A stretch of DNA of 64,000 nt, from NCBI GenBank assembly GCA_010909165.1, contig MU008203.1, positions 378,765 through 442,764 of the forward strand. Direction: 5' to 3'. This DNA comes from Anthoceros angustus (lineage: Eukaryota > Plantae > Anthocerotophyta). Below are positions 24,776 to 36,783 of this stretch, piece by piece. The notes under the pieces were generated by a model. The model did no database searches. It saw only the letters and a list, made by a program, of their open reading frames with translations, and was not told where the DNA came from. The stretch's first letter is position 1; every line of letters starts with the position of its first letter. Position numbers and translations under genes: made by a program.

Positions 24776-27700
24776 TGTGGCGCTGACCGGGACGGCTACC
24801 GGCGCGCATAATCCTGCAAGGTCGCTAGTAGTAAGGAGGTCCGCTCAAGAGAATGACATAGGGCTTTCATCACACGCTTCAATCGCTTCTCACCTCATGT
24901 AGTACCGCGACTCAACACACACGTCATTGCTTTACGCCATTTAACCACCAGATCGTTTCACCGGACAAAGCCTTGGCCAAACGCCATGACCCGCCCGTCT
25001 GCCCTCATCTGTTTGTCACCGGGTCCCTCCAAATCTGCTCTCTCACCATTCCCACTACACTCATCGCCTGGAGAAAAACGCTGGTGGTCAGCATGTCCGC
25101 ATTCCTCCCCCGCCACCACGCCCGGCCTCTCTGCCCGGGTTTCACGCCTCGAAAGTTCCTCCTCGCTCACGCTGCTCGGCCCATCTAACGCTGGTCACGC
25201 CGAGATGAGTGGGTGGGTCCTGGTCGCCTTCCTCGCATAATACCATCACAGCATGTTAGGTCTCTGCCACTGACCTTACCGCCTGGAGCTGCTGCACGCC
25301 GCTGATCTCCCGTGACTCACGCTAGCAAGAAGGCACAAGGGCTCGCAAGAAGACGCTGCATCAACACTCAAGAGAAAGATACTTTACTAGAGTGGCCCAT
25401 AAGCCCTCTTATACCCTACGCCCAAGGCTCGGCATCTTTATTACATTCCTTATTTTGAGGCTGGTGAATCTGGGCCTCAAGGGGTATGCCCTAATTCCAT
25501 TACTGCCTACCATCTTTATTCCTTCCTCCAATCCTCCGCTGCCTGGTGGGTGGGCACCGGATGAAACCTTGTTCCGTCCTAAAGCGCGCCGCGGCCCGCC
25601 TTCAACTCGATGCTTGGCATTCGGCGCATCTAATCGGATGATCCGCGGGCGGACCCTTCCCTAACTCGCATCTGTTGGAGCTCACGGCCCACGATGTCTC
25701 GGCTGAATCGCCGCAATTCACCACATCTTCCTCCTCGGCCCTCGAAAGGTGGTCCCTCGCCAAGAGGGACCACCCGATCGATCGCTCCCTTGCGTAAGCC
25801 CAGGAGGGCTCCCCTCACCTCTCGAGTCCCTACCTCGGGTCCGGTTCGTCTCAAACTTCCGAGTCCGAACTTGCGAGGTTCGAGGCCTTATTCTCTGTAG
25901 AGTCCGGCCTCTTAGGAGTCCTGCCTCTCATCTGGGGTCTCGGGACCTCGAGGGGTCGAATCTTATTACCAAGGTCCGGGTCCTCTCAAGTCCCGGACCC
26001 CTCATCCCACAGGACCGCCCATCGTTGTTGGGGGCCTATCCTCACCCACCTGGCAAGCCCTTGTCTTGGGTCGTTGGTTTTCGTAGGTAAGAGTAATCCA
26101 GTCAAATTGACCTGGGATTTTGCTTACTACCACGCCTTGTTCCCTGCATGCCAGTTGGGAAGCCTCTGGGCGCTACGCTACCAAGCAGGACGGACCTTGG
26201 AAGGCCTGAGGAGGGTGGAAGGGGAAGAAGGACACATGGGATGTGACGCAACCTGCAGGCCTTGACCTTGTTTGGAGACAGCAATTTACGCTGTGAGAAG
26301 AGCCCTGGGGGAGCAGGACGCTGGCAATGCAACGACACTCGGGAGTTAGAAGCCCAACCCCTGTGAGGGATAGAGATGGGGGCCCCGAAGGGGCGAGGAA
26401 GCAGGCGCCTGGCATCTCCCTACCCTTACTCGCCAGGTGCTCCGTGAGTCGAGCGTCTTGTCCCGGGCTTTGGCTTCGGAACATCCCATCTCCCTGCCAA
26501 GTTTCTGGCCATGTACCGAGTCAGGCCGAATCTCACAGGCCACAAAGTGCTTCCTTGCCATTACCTCCTCAATCCGCCACGTTTGTTCCTCCCGCCCGCC
26601 TCAGCCAATCGCTGCTTCGCCTCTGGCCCGCCGCCGCCTTTCCCCGCCATACCTAACGCAGCCGCCCTCCTCCGCTTCCTTAGTAGCCCGGACTGCCAGC
26701 CTTCTTTTCTCGCTGCGTCCCAAGGCCTTCCTCGCCCCGCTCATCCCGGCCTCAAGCTCCGCCATCTCCCTCTCCAGACGGTTTCGCAACTCTTGCCTGG
26801 CTTCGTGCTTAAATCGCCTGTGTCCTTCTCCATTTTACAGTAAGCGTTCGCCTCCTTGTTCCATCGCTTACCTCTTACATCCGCCAATGTAGGTGGAGTA
26901 GCTTATCTCCCTTCGCCTGTGATCCGCGATCACGCCCGCATTCCCGTTCTGCCGCCATCATTGTAACCTGGGAGCCGCAGCCTCCCGCGTCTCCTTGCGT
27001 CTTCCATTTCCCCGCCGGCTTACAGTTGCTCCACCTCACGCACTGAGCTCGAGGATCCTCCATCTCCTTGTTGTCGGCCTCCTTCTCCTCTCGCTCGGGT
27101 TGGCCCATGGCCTCACGCCTTCCGGGCCTTGCTCCGCCTTCAGTTAGCTGTGGCAGCTATCCGCCCATCTCCTCCACCGGGTTTCGACTACGGGCCGGAT
27201 AGTAGTGATCCCTGGTCGGCCTTGGCTGCTTTCCGCCTCCTCCCAGGCCCCGCCTTCGAGCCTCACGGCCCTGGCCAGGTTGGTCCAGCCGCGTGTCGCC
27301 TCGGCCAGTGTGCGAGCCCTCTCCTCATGGCTCCCTTGGGCCTCCTCCGCCTCCTTGTGTGCTACCCACCTCCGTCTGCAGAGTCTTCCGCCTGTGCTTT
27401 GAGCCTCCCTCTGCAGCCTATGCGGCGTCAGACAAATGTGAAGGACCTTGGTCCGGGCTCTTTGCTGGATAGATTCCTGGACTCTCCGGCTTCTAACTTC
27501 CCGACGCTTCTCCTCTCGATTTGAGCGAGGGATTCCCTGCTTCTTCTTCGTGATCCTGGGCTGCCTCCACCGGCTCCTAGAGGAGCACCATGCGCCTTCT
27601 GTTGCCTCTCACTCCGGGTCACCAGGGGCCATTCTCGTAGAAGCATCTCGTATCCAAAGCATACCGCCCATGACGGTAGCCAAAACCCGCCGCTTCCTCC

Positions 27701-30636
27701 ACGGTCAGCCATAATCGGGAGATGCCCGGGTGGAAGTCCGTGGGCGCTGGCATCTCTCCGGTCCGTTAAGGACCGCGATACTGATCGGCCCGAGCGAGTC
27801 CGGACTGGGTTCTCTCTGGCATTCCACCGGGACCCTCGAGATACGAGTCTCGAAAGGGCCGTGGGTCCGAGCTCACCTTCCTTAGCCCTTTTGGCATGCT
27901 TAACCTCCTTCTCCGCCCTTCTTCTCCTCTGGGGCTTAGGAGGTGGTGGCCAGAGTCCGGAGGCCCGGCCTCTTGCCTCGCCAATGGGTCGGGGATAGGG
28001 ACGGCTTCTGTAGGTGAAGTCACGCTTGTCCTGTCCTCTCGCTCTCGGGTGCTGTCCTCTCCGCCCCCCTCCTCACGGCTTCCTCCGCGCCTCCTGCCCA
28101 CTCCGCCAGGTAGGGTAAGCAGGCTGTGAGTCAGAATGTGGTACTCTCTGCTGGTAGGCGCCACTCATTTGGCTTCGGGTTCTACCGAGGGCCGCGGGCT
28201 CAAGTAGGGTTGTTGTTGGTCATCTTGGGCCGAGGCCGCCAAGCGCCCACCTGCCGCACTGCGTCTCCTCCCTCCACATGTGGTCTTTCGGTGGGGCCCA
28301 AGTATCAAGAGGAGGAAGGCCGGGGACATTCCCACACTTCCCCTAGGTGGCCAGGGGGTCAGTTTCAGGAGCGGATGACGGATGAGTCCTCGATCCCTCC
28401 CGCCTGCCTCCTCCGGACCCTGTTTGGCCTTAGAGGGTTTCAAGCCTCCGCCTCGGGCGCCTTGCCTTTCCCGCCCGCTTTCCGGTAGGGCCGCTTAGCC
28501 CTTTCCGGCCCGCTTCTTCCCCTCCTTCAGAGGCTGAGGTGTCCCACATGGATGAGGAAGGGGATGTTCCGACGGAGGCGGCTTCTCGCTCCGTAGTTTC
28601 TTGGCCTCTTGGTTGATCCGGGTGAGGATAATCCTCCCCCAGGCCTTTATACATTACGCTCGTCCTTTCAGGATGTACAACGGATGCGTCTTCAAGGTGG
28701 GTCCGGACGGCGCGGAGCGCAGGTACCTTCAACAGGCGGAAACGGAGGTAGTAATAAAAGGGATGCATGAAGGACTAGGTGGTGGACATTATGCGGCGCA
28801 AGTCACCACCAAGAAAATCTTGGAGGCGGATATCGGGGTGGCATGGCACAACGGGCGCGATGCAATGGCGTCCGTGAGCATACAGTACTAATGAGCGTAC
28901 GCATATGCATAGGCATGGGGGGGTGATGGGCATGCACATACTCCACCCGCCATGAACGGCATAGCGGAAATCAAGTTTGAGGAGCCGGGCCGTGATCACG
29001 CCCGCTGAGTTATGGCTGCCACCATGGAGTCATGCGCCCATGTTGCCTGTGATCAACGACGCCGAGCTAAGGGGATAGTAATCCGCGAGAAGAGACGATT
29101 CTGTTTGCTTCAGTAGTGACAGCCATACAGCCCTCAAGTGGGCGGAATGTAGGCTTTGAGAGTGAGAAGGGATAGCGGTGAGAGGTTTTGATCCGCACCA
29201 CGCCGATGTGTTGTGAGTTTGGCCTAACGAGTTTTGCACATCAGCAATCCCTTCTTCTTTTGTTCTCGGAGCCCACATTGCAACCGCCAACGCCGTGAGG
29301 CACGCGGAGCGCCAGCACCACAAGCAACGAGCTAAAGGGCCCACTGAGGCCGCATGGTGAGATAAGTAGATGGTGGACCGTGAGGAATATCGTGACTTTT
29401 CCTTGTCGCTTATGCTGATCATTCCATCGAAGTTGGCCGCCGGCGTAATCCAGAGCCCGCCACACCGGTATGTAAGATTGTGGGAGGAGGTGATTGATAA
29501 GTTGGCAGCTGGCGGATTGGACGAAGGGACCAATCGACTTTGACACAATGTCGTACATAGTGTCACGCAGGGGCGGATTGATGCGTGATGGTGCTCCGCC
29601 GTTGGATCGAACGAGTACTCCCGGTGAAGCGAGAGCTCGTCTCAACACCCTCCAGGCGCAGGAGGCGGTGGACAATTTGAGTGGAACGAGTCCTATTCGC
29701 ACCATAGCATTCAAGAAAAGGAGGTGAGGTCGAATGGAGTATGAACCGCACCAAGCAAGAATGACGTGTTCATGTCGGCACGCAAAGATGTCGCTGGCGA
29801 TTTTGAAGAAAATTCGGGATGGGCCATTGATGAGATGGTGCTACAAGTCTGAGTTCACCCGGAGATGGCTTTGAGGAAGATGAGCACGTCGGCCGGAGAG
29901 CCCTTACATGTTATCGTGATTGCAAGGATCAAATTTTGCAAGATGCCCGATCCTTGGCACGATGACAAAAAGGACTTTGAAAGGAGACGAAGAGGAACAT
30001 CGTCGTGCAACCAAGCTGCCATCACATTTCTAGTGGATGAAATGTTCAGAGTTTCCACCTCCTTTCCCTTTTCTTCTTCCTCGGGCGCTCTCTTGCCTCT
30101 CTCTCCTTCCCTCGCCGCCTTCCTTCCTCGGCGGCTGGCGATGCGGCTTCTCCTCTTGCGTTTTACGCTCGGCTCAGTCTCGCGTGAGTTGGCTCTTCGA
30201 AGGAAGTTGGCGCGCCCAAAGCACTTTGCCCTCTTTGGATCGCCACAGGCTGACAACCCTAGATTGGTCATCATTCCAAAATCCTAATTCTACCTATCTA
30301 TTTTCCTATTTTCCTACTATCCTAATTAATCGCTTCTAATTACTTATATATTTATTCCCTATTGGTGAGCATATATAGTGGATATATCCCCCATTCTAAT
30401 TTCCTTTTGAGATTGTCGATGCCCTTACATGATGATACGCTTCCCTTCTCACTACGTAGTGGCGACCTACGGTGGTAGTCTCTACCAACCTTTCGGTGCC
30501 TCACCGCCTCGCGGGGTCGTTTGACCCGTTCTTCTTCTGGGATATCCTTTTCTTCCTAACAATATCCTACAACTCCGGCTTCAAGATTCTCGGAAAATTT
30601 CTTGGCATGCTCCTCTTCAATCGTTCTTAGCCAAAA
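24776..30636 (-). mobile_element. Giant LTR-like unit (minus orientation), nearly full length, with an internal foreign segment and an inversion
   Basis: 3' terminus TGTGGCGC (+) at 24776. TATA core cctcttata at 25405-25413 with gatactttact. Coiled-coil ORF remnant at 26420-27750, homologous to 33000-34050. 5' region 30260-30636 is homologous to 38720-39084 and 15140-15600, and is cut by the N at 30637. Confidence 0.7.
28635..28830 (+). pseudogene. Ty3/gypsy integrase N-terminal zinc-binding (HHCC) fragment
   Basis: FKVGPDGAERRYL...VIKGMHEGLGGGHYAAQVTTKKILEA matches the HEG.GGH....T..KIL.AG pattern of Athila/Tat-type integrases. Confidence 0.7.
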
Positions 30637-30637
30637 N

Positions 30638-31437
30638 AGACTACGGAAAGACTGGAGGTTCTCACGGTGCAAACTCATAACCCCAAGGAAGAACTTGTTG
30701 GTTGTAGGGCACTCCTGTGCGCCAGCTGTAAGGGCGAGCTAGGGCTGTGAGCTTGAAGTAAGGTTAGATTAGGAGGATGAGGAGTTGAGTTGAGGTGAGT
30801 GTTGAGGAGAATGTGGAGCTGAATGTTGAGTAGAGGAGTAGGTAGAGATTAGGAGTAAGAAGAAGGCCCAAGTCGAGCCTAAGGGAGGGGTCCCAACCGC
30901 ACCAAACCGAGACCGGAAGCCGGGCTAAGGTCTCAAAATCACGGGTGGAGAAGTCGCTACCGTAGGGGGTCCCTATGTGCGAGACGTGGACCTATCACAG
31001 GGCGGGACCCACGATCGAGGATGTCGTAGGTCCGTGAGTGGTGATTCACGAGCAAAGGGAGTGGCGTGGCCGCCGAGTTGGTGGTTGAGGTGCCAATTGT
31101 GGGAAGGCGGGAAAGGAATAGTGGACGATCACGGGTGGTGAAGTCGCTGCAACGAGGGGTCCCTACGCGTAGCCACCGACCACCGCTGTGGGGTGGACCT
31201 AGTCGAGGGGTGTCGTTGTAGGTCTAGAAGCGGTGATTGACGAGCAAAGATGGTGAGGCGTGGTCTGGAGTGAGTTGAAGTTGCTCCACTGTGAGGGAGC
31301 TTGGGGTGGGAAGAGGCGGTGGTTTGTGCCTTGGATGTTGGTGACCGACAAACAAGAGTCTCATGGGACGAAACCTATTGAATAGCGGATAAGTGTGGCC
31401 ACTAGAGGGTGAATCTGAAGCCCCGGGTTTTCCCACA
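30638..31437 (+). mobile_element. 3' end of a giant LTR-like unit (same subfamily as 15081-20143)
   Basis: gaaagactggaggttctcac...ccaaggaagaactt matches 19575-19635. The end gtctcatgggacgaaacc...ggttttcccACA matches 20045-20143. Confidence 0.75.
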
Positions 31438-31659
31438 CCTGTGGGTCATAGAGTATTCTGCCTCACCGCAAGGCAGCAAGGCCGCAGTGGAAGCGTAAGG
31501 CGAGGTAAGCCATGCAGTCCCCGTTATGGCGAAGAGTCGAGCCATTTCCGACGAGAGAAGCAAGGCGAGGTCATTCTTCCAAACAACTTCACACGACAGA
31601 TACTGCTCGGCCACCCGCTCTCTCGCATTGTCTTTTGATCGCGTGCACCCTTCCAGTTC

Positions 31660-34600
31660 GACTTGGCGAGTGAAGCAACCGACACCGCGGCCGAGGAGCG
31701 GAGATTGGAGCCTCACACCAACAAATGAAGGAGGAAGATGGGACCCAAGAAAGCGCGGAGGCGGAGCCATGGCGCTTGGTGGAGCGCAACATCGCTACCA
31801 AGCGCCACCCGACTTCGGCCGTGGCCGGAGGAGGCGGAGATGGTGGAGGAGTGGCACTGACATTTTCCAGTGTCTGACCTTCGACAACACCCTAGTCCGA
31901 GTACCGAAGATGTTGGCGCGCCAACAAGGAGGTCCGATCCAAGAACTCATGGAGGACCTTTAGGAGGTGGACTGGAGGTCCCGAGGGCGGCACAACCGCC
32001 GGAGGAAGTAGGAGGAGTTTAACCCAAGGTGAAGGGGAAGGTGGAAGCGCCGTGGCGGCCTTTGCATATCAGAACGCAGCGTCCTCCAACGGATGGTCGA
32101 TGCCCGACCTCGAGGAGGGTACGCTCGGGCGAAGATTATCGCCCATCGAATATGCTCACCAAGTGGACCACCTTGGGATAACCGCCAGTGTTCCTCCACG
32201 ACCATGCGGGGAAACGCTACGATCGGGCGTGATAATCTTCGCATCAATCGTGAAGCTCGCAAGCCGAGGTGCGAGAAGCCACCTCCGCCGGCGTTATCGC
32301 TTTTGATTCATGTGGCACGCCAACCTCCAAGGAGGGTGAAGAACGAGCACCTGAAAGGGCTGCCCACCGGGAGGCGAGGGAAGAGCGCAGGAGGCGGAGG
32401 CCCGCCCCGGAGTAAGAGGGTCCGGGAGGAGGACGACTGGGAGGGAATTCTGCATCTACGCCTGAGCGGACCCCCGCCACCGAGGGAAGTGTGGGAGGAC
32501 ATCCCCGCTTCCTCCTCCTGGTGCCCCCACCGGAGCATGCAGGAAGGAGCAACAGATGTGAGTTGGCGGTTCCAGCTACGCAGCGCCAGCCCAACAACAA
32601 CGATACCGAGCTCCGGCTGACTGGAACCAAGAGGCGGAAGACGGCGCCACCAACAAGACCTGTGATAACGCCTGTTTCCTGCTCGCCAACGGAGTGGCAA
32701 GAAGCGGAGGAGGCAGTACGAAGGGCGGAGAGGGACGCTGCCCAAGGAGCGGGAGGCCACTGGCAGCAGCCTCACCCGGAGCCTGTCCTGTCTCCGACCG
32801 GGAGAGGAAAAAGGGCCAGCTCCCGGACCCCTTCACCACCTCCGAGCCCCAGGAGGAAAAGGGCGGAGAAGGAGTTAGCGGCCAAGAGGGCCAAGGAAGG
32901 TGAGGCTCGGACTCAAAGACTAGACCTAAGGGTCCCGATTAGGTCCGAGAGCCCACCGACTCGCCCGGACTGCAGATGATGTCCTTGACGGACAGAGATG
33001 CCCGCCACTGACTTTCTCGGCATCTCCGCGGCCGTGGAAGAAACGAAAGTTTTAGCTACCGTCATGGACGGATGTTTGGGGCCTCTCGACAGGGAGAAGA
33101 CCCAAGAAGTAGAGGCCACCCGGAGGAGGATGGTGGAACTTCAAGGTGTGGAGGCGCAGAGGCGGGTATATGGAGTCCTCGCCCAAATCGAGGAGGGAAA
33201 ACGCCGAGGCGGAGCGAGTCCGGACGGTCCGAAGACGACTAAGATCCTTCACCGTCAATCAAGCGCAGGAGGCCCAAGCACGGCCGAAGGACCTGCAAAC
33301 GGAGGCGTGAAAGGAGGCGGAGGAGGGTCGAGGCGCGGAGAACGCCGACCGCCGAGGCGGCTCGGCTAGACCAACACCAAGCCGTGAGGCTCGGTGAAAG
33401 CGCGGGAGGCGGGCCGCGAGGTCGGCCAGGATCACTGCAAGCGTGATCGGGCCGGTGGAGAAGCGGGGGTAACTAACTGAGGCGAACAGTGGCGGTGAAC
33501 AGCAGGCGAGCGAAGAAGAGATGGAGGCCCGGCCGAGAAATAGGGGACCTCAGGTGCGGTGCGAGGAGCGGAGGAGGCGGGGGGAGGCGGCACAAGGACA
33601 CCACAGTTGCAACTCAAGGCAGCGTCGGAAACGCGGGTTCTCAGGAGAATCCAAGACTTGAGCGGGAGATTGAGCGCCTCCGGCTTCACCTAAAGAGGAG
33701 AATGAGGCGATCTAAGGAGTTGGACGCCAGTGAAGAAGGAGGCGGAGGAAGCCGAGTCAGGCGGAGATCAAGCCCTTTGGAGAAGAAGTGGCGGACCTCC
33801 CGGGTAAGGATGAGCGGAGGGCAGGCGGAGGAGGCAGCTTGTCCGTTGGGAAGCAGAGGAGCTCGGCTCCATGGCGGCAAGTTGGTGGAGCTGCAGCGAA
33901 GGAGGAGGAGCACGTCGGCGGCGGCAAAGGCTGCAGGAGGTGTCGGAGGCCGCCTTGGCGGCATCAAAGTCTGCCCGGCTTCAATTGGCAAGCGTGGCGG
34001 CGGGGCGGTGAGGCGGACAACACGCCCAGCCAGCACCTCAGGAGGAGATGCAGGGTGCTCCGGGCCCATGTGGAGGAGGCAATTCAACAAGTCGACTCCG
34101 ACTTTGCCTACTACCAGGAGCTTCTCAAGGCACCGGAGGTGTCGCGCCACCCCTCGGCAAGTGGGACGGGGTTCGGATGGGTCGGAAGGAGGTGAGGAGG
34201 AAGGTCCCGGGGCAGCCAGGGACCTTAGGGCCATGTTTCGGCAGCAGGGCGAGGGAGGCTGGAGGCGGGGCGCAGAAGGTCACTGCGAGGTAAGCACTCT
34301 GCACCCTCGGAAGGAAGGGAGGAGGGCCACAGGGAGGCCGTGAAGGCGCATCCAGGGCAGGGAACCGAGGGCTCGGTGGGTGAGCCGTGATAAGAGCCCG
34401 AGGGGCAGTGCTCGAGTCCGGACTTTGTCAGGACTCTGAAGAAAGGACCCGAGGTCCGCCCCCAGAAAGTCTGGACTCGGAGGTCCGGACTCTAGTGACG
34501 GACCCCACAGGGTGCTCGAGGGGGCCCAAGATCGGACCTAAAGGCGAGTCCGGACCCAGGTTCGGACTCCGGAGAAGGCCAGGACTCAGGTCCGGACCCG

Positions 34601-35617
34601 AGAAGAGGCCGGACCTAGAGGTCGGACTCGTCGAGGGACCCGAGGACCGGACTCGGGGAGGGAGGGAGCCACCAATCACCAGCCCGACAGGCCTTCTCTT
34701 GGAGGCCCGTACAAGGCCCGCCAGAGATAGAGAGGATGGGAGGAGGATTTAGTGGTGCGGTTGTCGGCCGCCAGGTGTAGCTGAGAACCTCGGGGAGGTA
34801 GCGCCCGCCCGCGGATCATCCGATTGGGTGCGCCGATTGTCGGGGCCTTGGGCCGCCAGCCAAGGCGGAATCGAGGCAACCATCCACCACCGTGAATAGG
34901 TGGAATAGGGAAATAGTAGGCGGCCGATTAGGGCGCCGAGGCCATCGGCTCGATAGGGGGTGTAATAAAGGCCGACCTTGCGTAGTATAAGAGGGCGAAA
35001 GCTCTAAGTAAAGTATCTTTCTCTTGGTGTTGATGCGTCTTCTTCGCAGGCCCTTTGTGCCTTCTTGCTAGCGTGAGTTCGAAGTCCGGCCGGGCTGGAG
35101 GCGATCAAGGTCCCGTGTGGATCCTAACGTGTGGTGGTGTGTGGGGATTTAACGACGGGGACCCTTGCTCGCCCGTAGCAAATAACCGACGCTGGGCGAA
35201 CGTGAGCCGAGGAACCCGGAGGGCGGTAGAGTCGGCAGAGGCCCGGTGAACAACGGAGGAGGTCCGAACCACGCAGCCCACCCATTTTTTTCCAAAGGAC
35301 GATGAGTGTCGCGAGAGATGTGGAGATTTTAGCGTGAGTGATTTTAGATGAGTGTAACGAGAGTGGTAAGAGGGACGGACTAGAAGTACGAGGGACGGAC
35401 TAGAATGCTACGGACGCGAACGAGTCCTTGAATGTTTGGCCTCACCAAGCCTGTTCGGTGGACATCACGAGTAGATAGTAGCGGAAACGATAAACGTATG
35501 TGTTTGAGTCCGAACGGCCGAAACGATTGAACGGCAAACGGAGCCCATCATTCTCCGGAGCGGACTTTACTACAACGACACGGATTGTGCGCGCGGGCCG
35601 CGGAAAATCGCGCCACA
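31660..35617 (+). mobile_element. 5'-truncated giant LTR-like unit with decayed ORF
   Basis: ORF remnant from ~31738 through a coiled-coil region (MPATDFLGIS...; EEAIQQVDSDFAYYQELLK), then ggacc-rich repeats, TATAAGAGGG at 34986 plus agtaaagtatc, and the terminus gcgcCACA at 35617. Confidence 0.75.
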
Positions 35618-35619
35618 AA

Positions 35620-36712
35620 AGCTATCTATGAACAATGCCCGAAATGTAAGAAGAAAAGGCCGAGATGGCACTCAAGCCTTACCGACAAGCTGTTGGTTGT
35701 TTAATCTATCTATCAGGTTGGACTAGATTAGACATCACACGTGCAGTTAGTAATGTAAGTCAATTTTTAGAGAACCCTAGCTTGCCACATTGGGCTGTAG
35801 TGAAGAGAATTTTTAGGTACCTCAAAGGAACAGCACGCAAAGGTTTACGTTTTTCTAAGCAACCAGATGGTTTGCAGCTAATGTCCTTTTGTGATGCCGA
35901 CTGGGCTGGTGACCCAGACACTAGACGTAGTATTGCAGCCTACTGTACATTTTTAGGTGGATCAGTTATCTCTTGGTCAAGTAAAAAGCTCACTACTATT
36001 TGTCTTTCCTCTACGGAAGCAGAATATGGTGCCATGACACAAGCTGCTAGAGAGGTTATTTGGATTAGATCTTTCTTAAGTGGACTTAAGCAGCTTCATG
36101 AAGGACCAACTCAACTTTGGTGCGACAACCAGTCGGCCATTGCTTTATCGAAGAATCCAGTTTTTCATGCTAGAAGTAAGCATATCGAGATTGCTCATCA
36201 TTTTATAAGACAAGCAGAGTAAAGAGGTAATAGTGGACTATGTTGCCACTTCAAAAATGTGGCTGACCTTTTGACAAAGTCTTTGCCAAAGTTGGTACAT
36301 GAGAAACATACTTTGGCAGCTTGGCTACAATTTATACCTGCTGTGAGCAAAGCAGGAATAGCTCATTAGTTGATTTCCTCTTTCATCTGGCTTGGTGATT
36401 GGATGAAGCCTTATTGTGTTATGTGATCACACTTGGAACTCTTTTCCGCTTATATCGGTGGGAGTACACTTTCTATTATGAAGTCAATTTTCAAGATATT
36501 TTCAAGCTTATCAATTAACTCCTAATTGCAACTAAGTGGGAGTAATGGAATATAGCTTATTTTGGAATAGATATGTGTTAAAACATAATGGTGATTTCAG
36601 TTACACTTAAATTAGGTTTAGTTTTATTATTCGTTAATTAATGACCGTCAATAACCGTTTTTGTATAAGACCCTTTCTTTGTGTGTAATTTGTATCATCT
36701 TTCGATTCCAAC
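35620..36712 (+). mobile_element. Ty1/copia 3' fragment (RT end, RNase H, PPT, probable short LTR)
   Basis: PYRQAVGCLIYL...FCDADWAGDPDTRRS...SSTEAEY...CDNQSAI...HARSKHIEI. A purine tract aagtgggag at ~36534 is followed by an AT-rich LTR-like segment ending ttccaac at ~36712. Confidence 0.85.
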
Positions 36713-36783
36713 TTGCTCTTGTCCCTCTTGCTTACCTCTTGCACGATCTTCACACATGCGATCCTAGGCTACCAACTTCTTTA

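Noticed and set aside
24776-35617. Inverted termini at 24776 and 35617 as TIRs of one 11-kb DNA transposon
   Set aside because: Better explained as two oppositely oriented copies of the same LTR-like family. An N join lies between them and the flanks share no TSD.
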